Source of the DNA: an uncultured Acidobacteriota bacterium
GTDB taxonomy: Bacteria; Acidobacteriota; Vicinamibacteria; Vicinamibacterales; UBA8438
DNA length: 64,000 nt
NCBI GenBank assembly: GCA_913043225.1
Contig: CAJWLU010000016.1
Coordinates: forward strand, 9,135 to 73,134
Direction of reading: 5' to 3'
The notes under the pieces: generated by a model
Databases searched by the model: none
What the model saw: only the letters and a program-made list of their open reading frames with translations
What the model was told of the DNA's origin: nothing
In this document: one piece after another, positions 1 to 9,168 of the stretch
Layout of the letters: every line of letters begins with the position of its first letter
Numbering within the stretch: position 1 is the stretch's first letter
Program-made: the position numbers and the translations under genes

Positions 1-2
1 TA

Positions 3-443
3 GCTGGGATCGACACCTGCATTCGCAACGGCATCATCTGCGTCAATCAGTGCCCGCTCATCAAGGGGATCAACGACGATCCCCACGTGCTGGCCGAGAT
101 GTACTCGACGCTGTCCTACACCGGATGCCCGCCCTACTACCTGTTCCAGGGGCGACCGACGGCTGGCAACGAACCGTATGAGATCCCGATTGTCGAGGGC
201 TGGCACATCTTCCAACAGGCGCTGAAGATGGGCTCAGGCCTGGCGCGCCGCGCCAAGTACTGCATGTCGCACGAGACCGGTAAAGTCGAGATCCTGGGTG
301 TCGACGCCGACCACTTGTATCTGCGGTATCACCAAGCTAAGTTTGACGAGGATCTCAGCCGATTCTTCGTCGCCCGGCGAGACGACAGCGCCTACTGGCT
401 TGACCAGCTAACAGTTCTCGACACCGTTCCCGACCACGTCTGA
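3..443 (+). CDS. KamA-family radical SAM protein (lysine/glutamate 2,3-aminomutase-like), C-terminal part; 5' end outside the window
   Basis: Frame is open from the window edge. NQCPLIKGINDD, PYYLFQGRP and SGLARR match KamA C-terminal motifs (NQxxLLxGVND, PYYL, SGLA). Confidence 0.8.
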   Translation, partial: AGIDTCIRNGIICVNQCPLIKGINDDPHVLAEMYSTLSYTGCPPYYLFQGRPTAGNEPYEIPIVEGWHIFQQALKMGSGLARRAKYCMSHETGKVEILGVDADHLYLRYHQAKFDEDLSRFFVARRDDSAYWLDQLTVLDTVPDHV

Positions 444-458
444 CACACCCCTGGGGGC

Positions 459-1229
459 ATGATCGAGCTCCGAGGATTGAGTAAGCGGTACGGCAACCGC
501 CTCGCAGTCGCCGAGCTCTCGCTCGAAGTGGCCAAGGGCGAGCTTCTCGTCCTGCTCGGCGGCTCGGGCAGCGGCAAGACCACCACCCTGAAGATGATCA
601 ACCGGCTGATCGAGCCAACCAGCGGCTCGGTTCGGCTGGACGGCGATGACGTCGCCGCGCTTACCCCCTCCGACCTGCGGCGCCGGATCGGCTACGCCTT
701 CCAGCAGGTCGGGTTGTTCCCGCATCTCTCCGTGTCTGAGAACATCGGGGTCACGCCGTCGCTGCTCGGCTGGTCGCCGGACCAGATCCGAGAGCGGGTC
801 GACACGCTACTCAGGCTGGTCGAGCTCGACCCGGACGAGATGCGTGACCGGCGCCCCGACGAACTCTCGGGCGGGCAGCAACAACGGGCGGGCGTTGCCC
901 GTGCACTGGCGGCCCGGCCACGGGTGATGCTGCTCGACGAGCCGTTCGGCGCCCTCGACCCACTAACGCGCCAGCGGCTGCAGGATTCGTTCATCCGGAT
1001 CCGGCGAGAACTGGGAGTGACGGCGGTATTCGTCACGCACGACATGACCGAGGCGCTGCTGCTGGGCGATCGGATCGCCGTGCTCTCGGAGGGCCGGATG
1101 GTGCAGATCGGCGCACCGGCCGAGCTGATGCGCGCCCCGGCCAACGACTATGTGCGCCAGCTGCTCGACACCCCCCGGCGCGAGGCGGCGCTCGTCGACT
1201 CGCTACTGTCGACGGAAGACACGGCATGA
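459..1229 (+). CDS. ABC transporter ATP-binding subunit, OpuBA/OsmV/EgtV (quaternary amine) type
   Basis: Walker A GGSGSGKTT, KMINRLIEPTSG, signature LSGGQQQR, Walker B LLDEPFGALDP, H-loop VTHD. Confidence 0.92.
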   Translation: MIELRGLSKRYGNRLAVAELSLEVAKGELLVLLGGSGSGKTTTLKMINRLIEPTSGSVRLDGDDVAALTPSDLRRRIGYAFQQVGLFPHLSVSENIGVTPSLLGWSPDQIRERVDTLLRLVELDPDEMRDRRPDELSGGQQQRAGVARALAARPRVMLLDEPFGALDPLTRQRLQDSFIRIRRELGVTAVFVTHDMTEALLLGDRIAVLSEGRMVQIGAPAELMRAPANDYVRQLLDTPRREAALVDSLLSTEDTA

Positions 1230-1295
1230 GTTACGGCCGCACCCGATTGCAAGGTAGTCGTACGGGAGCCGGGGGTTGGGGCGGAGCTTCATGAC

Positions 1296-2813
1296 ATGAA
1301 TGAACAGCTGGCCCTGCTCCCGGCCTATCTCACGGCGCATCTGCAGCTAACGCTGCTGGCGCTGGCCGCCAGCGCCGCCGTCAGCCTGCCGCTCGGTATC
1401 GCCGCCACACGGGTCCGCTGGCTCGAACAACCAGCGCTGGCCATCGCCGCCGTCATCCAGACCATTCCGAGCTTGGCGTTGCTGGCGGTGATGGTGCCGA
1501 TTCTGGCAACCCTGCAGCTGCAAAGTATCGGCTTCCTGCCCGCATTCATCGGCCTGTCGCTCTACGGCATTCTGCCAATACTGCGGAACACGGTGACCGG
1601 TATCGCCGGGGTCGACCCCGCTCTGAAGGAGGCAGCCCGCGGCGTGGGGATGACGCCCGCCCAACAGCTGCGCCAGATCGAGCTGCCGCTGGCCATGCCG
1701 ACCATCGTGGCCGGCCTCCGTACCGCGACGGTCTGGACCGTAGGCATGGCGACTCTATCGACACCGGTAGGAGCCACCAGTCTCGGCAACTACATCTTCA
1801 CCGGGTTACAGACAAGGAACTTCGCGGCCGTGCTTGTGGGCTGCGTTGCGTCGGCGGTGCTCGCACTGCTGCTCGACGCCCTTGTGCGCTCGCTCGAGGT
1901 GGGGGTGCGGGATCGTCGTCCCCGTCTCGTGAAGGTCGCGGCGGCGGTCACCGCGGCACTCTACCTCTATACCGTCGGCAGTCTGGCCGGATCGCTTGTC
2001 GGCGGGGGCGACCGTCCAATATCGATCGGAGCCAAGGGCTTCACCGAGCAGTACGTGCTGGCCGAGCTACTCACGCAGTGGATCGAGCAGGAAACGGGTC
2101 AGCCCACCGCCCAACGGCAATCGCTCGGTTCGATCGTGGCGTTCAACGCCCTCGCAGCCGGCGACGTCGATGTCTACGTGGACTACTCGGGCACCGTGTG
2201 GGCTAATGTGATGGGACAGACGGGCATCGGGAGCCGCGCCGAGGTCAGGTCGGCGGTGGCGCAATACCTCGACGAGACCCACGGCATCCAGATCGCCGCC
2301 ACGCTCGGCTTCGAAAACGCCTACTCGGTGGCGATGCGCAACGAGGATGCCGACCGCCTGGGAATCGCGCGGATCAGCGATCTGCCACCCCTAGGTCTCA
2401 CCCTGTCGATGGGCGGCGACCTCGAGTTCTTCTCCCGACCGGAATGGACGGCCATCGAGGAGGTGTACGGCCTGAGACTGGCCGAGGAGCGGACGATGGA
2501 CGCCGGCCTGATGTATCAGGCAGCCGCCGAGGGTGCCGTCGACCTGATTAGCGCTTACACCACCGATGGACGGATCACGGCCTACGGCCTCCGTGTGCTC
2601 GACGACGATCGAGGAGCTATTCCCCCCTACGACGCGCTGGTGATGGTCAGCGACCGCCTGGTCGAAGAGCGGCCGGACGTGGTCGAGGCGCTCGGGCGTC
2701 TCGACGGCCGCATCGACGTCGAAGCCATGCGACAGATGAACCTCGCGGTCGACGAAGGCGGTGAGAATCCGGCCACCGTCGCCACCGAGTTCCTGCGGAG
2801 CCTTGCGCGGTAA
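1296..2813 (+). CDS. Fused ABC permease + substrate-binding protein, OpuBB-BC/OsmF/EgtU type
   Basis: N-terminal TM domain with QTIPSLALL and EAA loop (EAARGVGMT). C-terminal OpuAC-like binding domain (IGAKGFTEQ, YVDYSGT, FENAY, AYTTDGRI, PPYDA). Confidence 0.9.
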   Translation: MNEQLALLPAYLTAHLQLTLLALAASAAVSLPLGIAATRVRWLEQPALAIAAVIQTIPSLALLAVMVPILATLQLQSIGFLPAFIGLSLYGILPILRNTVTGIAGVDPALKEAARGVGMTPAQQLRQIELPLAMPTIVAGLRTATVWTVGMATLSTPVGATSLGNYIFTGLQTRNFAAVLVGCVASAVLALLLDALVRSLEVGVRDRRPRLVKVAAAVTAALYLYTVGSLAGSLVGGGDRPISIGAKGFTEQYVLAELLTQWIEQETGQPTAQRQSLGSIVAFNALAAGDVDVYVDYSGTVWANVMGQTGIGSRAEVRSAVAQYLDETHGIQIAATLGFENAYSVAMRNEDADRLGIARISDLPPLGLTLSMGGDLEFFSRPEWTAIEEVYGLRLAEERTMDAGLMYQAAAEGAVDLISAYTTDGRITAYGLRVLDDDRGAIPPYDALVMVSDRLVEERPDVVEALGRLDGRIDVEAMRQMNLAVDEGGENPATVATEFLRSLAR

Positions 2814-2822
2814 GATCGGCCC

Positions 2823-3371
2823 ATGGGCATTCTTGACATGCTGGGACTGACGGACGACAGCGATGGCGCTCCCTCGCACGGCTCCAGCCACGGCGACACC
2901 GACACTGTGCGGCGCATCGCGGGCGAGCTGGACGCGCTCGAACCGGACCGGGCGAGGTTTCTAGCTGCCTTCGCGTATGTCCTAAGCCGGGTGGCACACG
3001 CCGACTCGGAGGTCTGTGTGCACGAGACCGAGACGATGAAGGAGATCGTGCAGAAGCTGGGACACGTCCCGGAAGCCCAGGCGCTGCTCGTGGTCGAGAT
3101 CGCCAAGAACCAGGCGCGGCTCTTCGGTGGGACCGAGAACTACCTAGTCACTCGGGAATTCCGCGAGATCGCCACCGCCGAGCAGCGGTTGGAACTGCTC
3201 GACTGTATCTTTGGGGTGGCCGCTGCTGATGGCTCGATCAGCACGATCGAGGAGTCACAGGCGGGCCAGATCGCCAAAGAGCTCGGCTTTACCCAGCCCG
3301 AGTATTCGGCTGCACTTGCGGCTCACGGGGAGCATCGGGCGGTGCTGCAGCTGCTGCGGTCGAAGCAGTAG
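2823..3371 (+). CDS. TerB-like (tellurite-resistance/DjlA-type) domain protein
   Basis: Two TerB motifs, RVAHADSEVCVHE and VAAADGSISTIEE, and a C-terminal IAKELG. Confidence 0.8.
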   Translation: MGILDMLGLTDDSDGAPSHGSSHGDTDTVRRIAGELDALEPDRARFLAAFAYVLSRVAHADSEVCVHETETMKEIVQKLGHVPEAQALLVVEIAKNQARLFGGTENYLVTREFREIATAEQRLELLDCIFGVAAADGSISTIEESQAGQIAKELGFTQPEYSAALAAHGEHRAVLQLLRSKQ

Positions 3372-4485
3372 CTACCTCGGGTTCTTCGTCCTCGTCCGAC
3401 GTTTCGTAGGCCGACGGATTGCCGTCCAACATGACAGCCAGCCAGCGCAGGTCCTCGGTGTTCTCGAGTGCGATCTTCAGCATCATCGTCAGCGGCACCG
3501 CCAGCAACATCCCCACCGGCCCCCAGACCCAGCCCCAGAAGACCAGGGACAGCAGGATCACGAGCACCGACAGGCCGAGGCGTCGTCCGAGCAGCATCGG
3601 CTCGACCAGGTTTCCAAAGATGACGTTGATGCCCAGGTAGCCGGCGGCTACCAGAAGCGCGTGCCCCACTCCGAACTGCACAGTCGCCAGTAGCACCGGT
3701 CCAACCGCGGCGAAGATCGACCCCAGATTCGGGATGTAGTTGAAGAGGAACGCGATCAACCCCCACATCAGAGGGAAGTCGAGCCCCAGCGCCCACACCC
3801 AGATGCCGGCCAGCAGACCGGTACTCAGGCTCACCACCGTCTTGATGGCGAGATAGCGTTGAATCTGACGAGTCATCTGACTAAAGCGCTGCATGCCGCG
3901 GCTGCGCTCGCCGAACGCGACCCGCAGCTTGGCCCGGAAGCCGGCCGCCTCGAACAGCATGAAGATGACCACGAGGAACACGAGAAAGGCATTCGACAGT
4001 AGCCCAGCCAGTGCCCCCAGGATGCCGTTCAAAAGGTCGACCATCGCCTGCGGATTGATGTAGTCGAGCGGCGTCCACTGGGTAGCGGGCAGGCCCATGC
4101 TCTCGGCCCAGGCGAGCGCGTCGCGCAACAGCCCCTGGAGCCGAGCCTGATAGCTGGGCGCCACGTCGGCAAACTCGCTCACCGACTGCCCCACCACAGC
4201 GCCGAAGATGCTGACCACGCCGGCGGCCGCGCTCACCGTCGACAGTACGGCCAGCGCGGTAGGCACCCGGCGGTTCTGGAGCCAGAGCATGATCGGCAGG
4301 CTCACCATGGCGAGGAACACCGCCACGAGGAACGGCAGCAGGATCTGGTCAGCTTCCCGAAGCCCGGCCACCACGATGATGAAGGCGGCCGCCAACAACA
4401 GGAACCGTGCGCCTCGGTCCTGGCGTAGCGACTCGACCGACCCCTGACGCACTCCGAGATACGCCCGATCGCGCCTCTCGCTCAT
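3289..4485 (-). CDS. AI-2E family transporter (TqsA/PerM)
   Basis: Multi-TM protein with RYLAIKT, NYIPNLGS, GNLVEP and FWGWVWGPVGMLLAVPL. Start set at ATG 4485 (GGGGGAG SD) instead of the ORF start 4662. Confidence 0.9.
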   Translation of the reverse strand: MSERRDRAYLGVRQGSVESLRQDRGARFLLLAAAFIIVVAGLREADQILLPFLVAVFLAMVSLPIMLWLQNRRVPTALAVLSTVSAAAGVVSIFGAVVGQSVSEFADVAPSYQARLQGLLRDALAWAESMGLPATQWTPLDYINPQAMVDLLNGILGALAGLLSNAFLVFLVVIFMLFEAAGFRAKLRVAFGERSRGMQRFSQMTRQIQRYLAIKTVVSLSTGLLAGIWVWALGLDFPLMWGLIAFLFNYIPNLGSIFAAVGPVLLATVQFGVGHALLVAAGYLGINVIFGNLVEPMLLGRRLGLSVLVILLSLVFWGWVWGPVGMLLAVPLTMMLKIALENTEDLRWLAVMLDGNPSAYETSDEDEEPEVATASTAAAAAPPDAPREPQVQPNTRAG

Positions 4486-4501
4486 GTCGTGCTCCCCCTG
4501 T

Positions 4502-5473
4502 CTACCACACCTCGAACACCGTGGTAGCGAACCGCGCCGCCGGCTCGACCCACTGATCCCGCACGCCGAATCCGGCCAGCTCGCCCATCTGGACAATAGC
4601 CTCCATCTTGTATTTATACGAGCTTTCGGTCCAGATCGACTCGCCGGCGGAGAACTGGACACGCAGGTTGGCGCCGGCGACGGTGACCGTCTGCGCGTCG
4701 AGGCTCTCGAGATGCATCTCCACGCGAGACGCCCCGGAATTCCAGACCGCCCGATGCGCGAACTGGTTGAGGTCGAAGTCGGCGCCCAGCTCGAGATTCA
4801 GCCGGACCAGCAGGTTCTTGTTGAACGCCGCGGTCACGCCGAGTGGATCGTCATAGGCGAGGACAAGCTCGGGCTCCGGCTTGACCAGATCAGCTCCAAG
4901 CAGGAGCCGGTCGCCCGGCTGCAGCACCGCACGCACGCTGCGCAGGAACCCAACGGCGGCATCCGGCTCCAGGTTGCCGATGTTGGATCCGAGGAACGCG
5001 ACAAGGAGGCCGCCGCAAGGCTCCCGCGATCGTGCCACTTCGGCCAACCCCTCCTGGTAAGTAGACTCGTGGAGCGACACCGTCAACCCATCGAAACGCG
5101 ACAAGGTGCGCCTGGCCATCTGAAGCGCGGTGACCGATACGTCGACCAACTCGATCCCTAACAAACGGCCGGACGACACCCAGGGCTCGACCACCAGCGC
5201 CAGTTTCTCTCCGCTTCCGCAACCCAGCTCCACCACCGTGGTGGGCGGCTCAAGCCCAGCCAGAATCTGCCTGGCATGCTGGGACAGGAGCTGGCATTCG
5301 GCCCGCGTGATCCGGTACTCGGGCAGCGCGCAGATCGCCTCGAAGAGCTTCGAGCCGAGCGCGTCGTACAGGTAATGCGGCTGCAGACGCTTAGGGCTTC
5401 CGCCGAGATCTCGGCGAACCTCGTCGACCAGACGCGCCTGACCGGTTAGCTCGATCCCACTGGTGGGCTCCAT
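4502..5473 (-). CDS. egtD: L-histidine N-alpha-methyltransferase (hercynine synthase)
   Basis: YLYDALGSKLFEAICALPEY, SAM motif ELGCGSGEK, FLGSNIGN, AYDDPLGVTAAFN, RVEMHL, IWTESSYK. Confidence 0.92.
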   Translation of the reverse strand: MEPTSGIELTGQARLVDEVRRDLGGSPKRLQPHYLYDALGSKLFEAICALPEYRITRAECQLLSQHARQILAGLEPPTTVVELGCGSGEKLALVVEPWVSSGRLLGIELVDVSVTALQMARRTLSRFDGLTVSLHESTYQEGLAEVARSREPCGGLLVAFLGSNIGNLEPDAAVGFLRSVRAVLQPGDRLLLGADLVKPEPELVLAYDDPLGVTAAFNKNLLVRLNLELGADFDLNQFAHRAVWNSGASRVEMHLESLDAQTVTVAGANLRVQFSAGESIWTESSYKYKMEAIVQMGELAGFGVRDQWVEPAARFATTVFEVW

Positions 5474-5489
5474 ATTGGGTGGTGTGGGG

Positions 5490-6827
5490 CTATCCCTGCA
5501 CGCAACGGAAACAAGCGTAGACGTATGGATAGTGTGGACGGAACCAGTTGCGGAAGCTCCGTCTGAGCAACCCGGGCGCCGTCACCGGCGATCCGCCCTT
5601 GATGACATAGTGCAGGCCGTCAAAGAAGTCGGCCGAATACTCCGGGTAGGACGGCATCGGCGAGAAGCCAGGGAAACCGTCAAACACGGTAGAGCTCCAC
5701 TCCCACCCGTTACCCACCAGGTCGTGCACGCCCCAGGCACTGACACCGTCGGGGAACGAACCGACCGGCACCGGTTCCCAGTAGCGGAACCCGAAGTTGC
5801 CATGCCGGCTGGGGTCGGGGGCGTCCTCGCCCCACGGGTAGCTGCGCTCAGCTCCCTCGGGCGTGCCGTAGGCGGCCCGATGGAACTCAGCCTCGGTCGG
5901 CAGTCGCTGGCCCCGCCAGCGCGCGAAAGCCGATGCTTCGGCATGGGTGACATACACCGGCCAGGCGGCAGGCAGCGGAATCAGGTCGAACATGCTCCGC
6001 CAGTGCCAACGTCCATCCTCGCGCACCCAGAACGGCGGATGCTCGATCCCTCCGGCCGCGCACCAGGCCCAGTCGCTGTCGGACCACCAGCGGCTGTCCC
6101 CATAGCCACCTGCGTCGACAAACGCCTGATACTCCTGATTGGTGACATTGTGAACGTCGATGGCGAAAGCCGGCACGTCAACCACGTGAATCGGAAACTC
6201 GTTATCCCAGCCGAACGGAACCTCTTCGAGCGCCGCCCCTAGCGTGGCCCTTCCCGGCGCGACCTCGATCTGGCGAGCTGGCGGGACCACCCCCTCTGTG
6301 ACGAGCGGCGCACCAGCTGGTCGGCATTTTCGGTCGAGCGACAACCGGTGCCACATGTAGGCCAGCGTCTCCTGGTGCAACTCTTCGTGCTCAATGAGCG
6401 TGTGCACCGCTTGACCGCGGTGCAGCACCGGATGGCCCGGCTGCTCGACGGGCGCCTTCGCCAGCGCGTCGAGGATCAGCTGGTCGGCCGCCTCGACGTA
6501 CTCCTGCACGGCATCACGGGTCGGCCAGGCATGGATCGCCACGTCGTCGGCCGAACGCTGGTCCTCGGGATCGATGCCGCGGGCAAACAGTAGCTCGAGG
6601 CCCTCGTCGATTCCGGGGCGGCCCAAACCACATTTGATCAGCGTGTTCACGCTGAAGGCGGGGATATGCCCTTCGTAGAACACTACCGGGTGGCGAAGCG
6701 AAATCGGTCGCTCATAGTAGGCCTCTGGGCTCAGCAGACGAAACAGCTCGGCCGTGCGCTCTCGGGTCGCCAGAAACCAGGCGATGCACGCCTCACGATC
6801 GACCACGGCGGTCGGTGCGGAGTCCAT
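5490..6827 (-). CDS. egtB: Non-heme iron sulfoxide synthase (DinB_2 + FGE-sulfatase fold), EgtB/Egt1-like
   Basis: Iron ligands in LRHPVVFYEGH and HEELHQET; FGWDNE, RLPTEAEF, GNGWEW, RNWF. Directly upstream of egtD. Start ATG 6827 chosen; 6845 is an alternative. Confidence 0.85.
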   Translation of the reverse strand: MDSAPTAVVDREACIAWFLATRERTAELFRLLSPEAYYERPISLRHPVVFYEGHIPAFSVNTLIKCGLGRPGIDEGLELLFARGIDPEDQRSADDVAIHAWPTRDAVQEYVEAADQLILDALAKAPVEQPGHPVLHRGQAVHTLIEHEELHQETLAYMWHRLSLDRKCRPAGAPLVTEGVVPPARQIEVAPGRATLGAALEEVPFGWDNEFPIHVVDVPAFAIDVHNVTNQEYQAFVDAGGYGDSRWWSDSDWAWCAAGGIEHPPFWVREDGRWHWRSMFDLIPLPAAWPVYVTHAEASAFARWRGQRLPTEAEFHRAAYGTPEGAERSYPWGEDAPDPSRHGNFGFRYWEPVPVGSFPDGVSAWGVHDLVGNGWEWSSTVFDGFPGFSPMPSYPEYSADFFDGLHYVIKGGSPVTAPGLLRRSFRNWFRPHYPYVYACFRCVQG

Positions 6828-6908
6828 ATGTCCCAACACTAACATAGGGATTTCTCGGTCCCCACGCCCTCCCACACCAGTGTGGTAGCCTGAACTCGAG
6901 GCCATTTG

Positions 6909-6994
6909 GCGAAAGTGGCGGAACTGGCAGACGCGCTGGATTTAGGATCCAGTGGCCCTAGGCCGTGGGGGTTCAAATCCCCCCTTTCGCACCA
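6909..6994 (+). tRNA. tRNA-Leu (anticodon TAG)
   Basis: Acceptor stem GCGAAAG/CTTTCGC, anticodon arm CTGGA-TTTAGGA-TCCAG, long variable arm, T-loop GTTCAAATC, encoded CCA. Usual position upstream of tig. Confidence 0.96.
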
Positions 6995-7033
6995 CACCAC
7001 TCACATTTTGTTCCACGCAACCGATTGACATAT

Positions 7034-8332
7034 ATGAAGACGGAGCTCACGTCGCTGAGTGAGACGCGAAAGCGGCTCGACATCGAGATTCCCGCGGCCG
7101 AAGTGGACCAGGCGATTGACCGTCTGGCCAAGCAACTGACCAAGCGTGCCAAGGTGCCTGGATTCCGACCGAGGAAGGTACCGGTTAGCGTAGTACGACA
7201 GCGATTCATGTCGGACATCCTGCATGACGTCTCGCACGACCTGGTGCCCCCCGCCGTCGATACGGCTCTACGAGATCATGAGATGGTTCCGGTCGAGACG
7301 CCAGACGTGCACGAGATCTCGATCGACGCCGGGCAGCCACTGACATTCCACGCGCTCTTCGAGGTAATGCCTGCGCTCGAGGATCTCGACTACGAGGCGC
7401 TCACACTTCGGCGCACGCCGGTGGAATTGGACGCCGCGGCAGCCGAACGCGCCCTCGAGGAACTGCGGCGCCGGGCCAGTAAGCTGGAACCGGTGACCGA
7501 CCGAGCGGTCAAGGGCGAGGACGTGGTCACGCTGGACCTCACCAGGAAGGGAGTCGCTGGGCCGGACGGCCCTCCCGAGACGCCGCCAGAGGAGCGGCAT
7601 GAGGGAGTGAGCATCGAGCTCGGAACGCCAGCCAACCCACCGGGTTTCGACGATGAGCTAGTGGGTTTGGAGCCGGGCGACACGAAATCGTTCGAGCTCA
7701 CCTATCCCGCCGACCACGAGCCGAAGGACCTGGCGGGCACAACGGTGGCCTACGACGTCGAGGTCAAGGCCATTCACCGGCGAGAGCTGCCAGAGCTTGA
7801 CGACGCATTCGCTACCTCAATCGGAGAGTTCGAATCGCTGGAGGCGCTGAAAGAGCGAATCGCGAGCGACCTCGAGCGGGAAGCGAAGGCGGAATCAGAC
7901 CGGGAAGTGCGCCGCGACCTGCTGTCGCAGCTGGCGTCCCGGGTCACGGTGGAGATGCCCGAAGCGCTGGTCAACCGGGAGATTGGACGGCGACTCGAAC
8001 AGATCGCGAGCCGTCTCGCGCAACAGCAGGTCGACCCGACGAAGGCCAACATCGATTGGGAGACGCTAAAGGAAGAGCAACGTGCCCCGGCGCTCGAGAC
8101 GGTACGGGGCTCGATGGTTCTCGACGAGGTGGTGAAACGCGAATCGCTCAGCGTGAAATCGGACGAGGTCGACGAGGAGGTTACCAAATACGCCGAGCGT
8201 CTTGGACAGACCCCGGCCGCGGTTCGGGCTCAATTGGAGAAAGAGGATGGGATCGCGCGACTGGCGGAAGGACTGCTGCGGAAGCAGGCAGTCGAGTTTC
8301 TTCTGTCGCGTGCTACGATCGTGTCCGCGTAA
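7034..8332 (+). CDS. tig: Trigger factor
   Basis: Ribosome-binding loop VPGFRPRKVP, FKBP-like middle domain (PGFDDELVG, YPADH), PELDDAFA. tig-clpP-clpX synteny. Confidence 0.95.
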   Translation: MKTELTSLSETRKRLDIEIPAAEVDQAIDRLAKQLTKRAKVPGFRPRKVPVSVVRQRFMSDILHDVSHDLVPPAVDTALRDHEMVPVETPDVHEISIDAGQPLTFHALFEVMPALEDLDYEALTLRRTPVELDAAAAERALEELRRRASKLEPVTDRAVKGEDVVTLDLTRKGVAGPDGPPETPPEERHEGVSIELGTPANPPGFDDELVGLEPGDTKSFELTYPADHEPKDLAGTTVAYDVEVKAIHRRELPELDDAFATSIGEFESLEALKERIASDLEREAKAESDREVRRDLLSQLASRVTVEMPEALVNREIGRRLEQIASRLAQQQVDPTKANIDWETLKEEQRAPALETVRGSMVLDEVVKRESLSVKSDEVDEEVTKYAERLGQTPAAVRAQLEKEDGIARLAEGLLRKQAVEFLLSRATIVSA

Positions 8333-8506
8333 GGGTCGCTTTCCTGCCGTCGTCTCAATCCCCAAGCAGCGTGCTCACCGGTCCCCTGGCACCGCGGTGG
8401 TTCGCTCAGGGCCAGACAACGGTGACAGGCAACGACACCCCGGCGTGGGGCGAAGGGGCTAGCTAGCGCCGCGAGGGGTTTAGGGCGAAGCCCCCTGGTG
8501 AGATCA

Positions 8507-9127
8507 ATGACTGACTCCAAGACCGTGCCCACTCCGCGTAACCAACTCATCCCGATGGTGGTCGAGCAGACCAACAGGGGCGAGCGGGCGTATGACATCT
8601 ATTCCCGGTTGCTGAAGGACAGCATCATCTTCATTGGTACGCCGATCGAGGATTCCATCGCGAACCTGGTCATCGCCCAGATGCTGTTTCTGGAGGCCGA
8701 GGACCCGGACCGAGACATCGTGCTCTACATCAACAGCCCGGGCGGGTCGATTTCGGCGGGGCTCGCGATCTACGACACGATGCAGTTCATCAAGCCCGAT
8801 GTGCAGACCGTCTGTATCGGTCAGGCTGCGTCGATGGCGGCGGTGCTGTTGTCGGCCGGAACTGCCGGCAAACGGTTCAGCCTGCCAAACTCGCGTGTCG
8901 TCATCCACCAGCCGCTGATGAGCGGTCTAGCGGGGCAGGCGACCGACATCGACATCCACGCCAAGGAGATCCTGCGGATGCGGCAGCGGCTCAACGAAAT
9001 CCTCGTGTCGCACACCGGACAGAAGCTCAAACGGATCGAAGAGGACACCGAGCGAGACTACATCATGGACGCCGAGCAGGGTCGGGAATACGGTATTATT
9101 GATGAAGTGATCAGACAGCGCGCCTAG
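8507..9127 (+). CDS. clpP: ATP-dependent Clp protease proteolytic subunit
   Basis: [15 protein letters not shown], catalytic QAASM, IHQP. Confidence 0.98.
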   Translation: MTDSKTVPTPRNQLIPMVVEQTNRGERAYDIYSRLLKDSIIFIGTPIEDSIANLVIAQMLFLEAEDPDRDIVLYINSPGGSISAGLAIYDTMQFIKPDVQTVCIGQAASMAAVLLSAGTAGKRFSLPNSRVVIHQPLMSGLAGQATDIDIHAKEILRMRQRLNEILVSHTGQKLKRIEEDTERDYIMDAEQGREYGIIDEVIRQRA

Positions 9128-9168
9128 GCGAACGTGGCGTGCCACGCCCGCCAAGGGCACTGTTTAAC

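Noticed and set aside
2823..3371. terB as part of a tellurite-resistance ter operon
   Set aside because: No terA/C/D/Z neighbours; solitary TerB-like domains are common.
5490..6827. Sulfoxide synthase as OvoA (ovothiol) or SenA (selenoneine)
   Set aside because: No C-terminal methyltransferase domain and no senB/senC (glycosyltransferase, SelD) nearby; the adjacent egtD favours a hercynine-based pathway.
6909..6994. tRNA-Leu as an integration site
   Set aside because: No duplicated tRNA 3' end was noticed, and tig follows directly.
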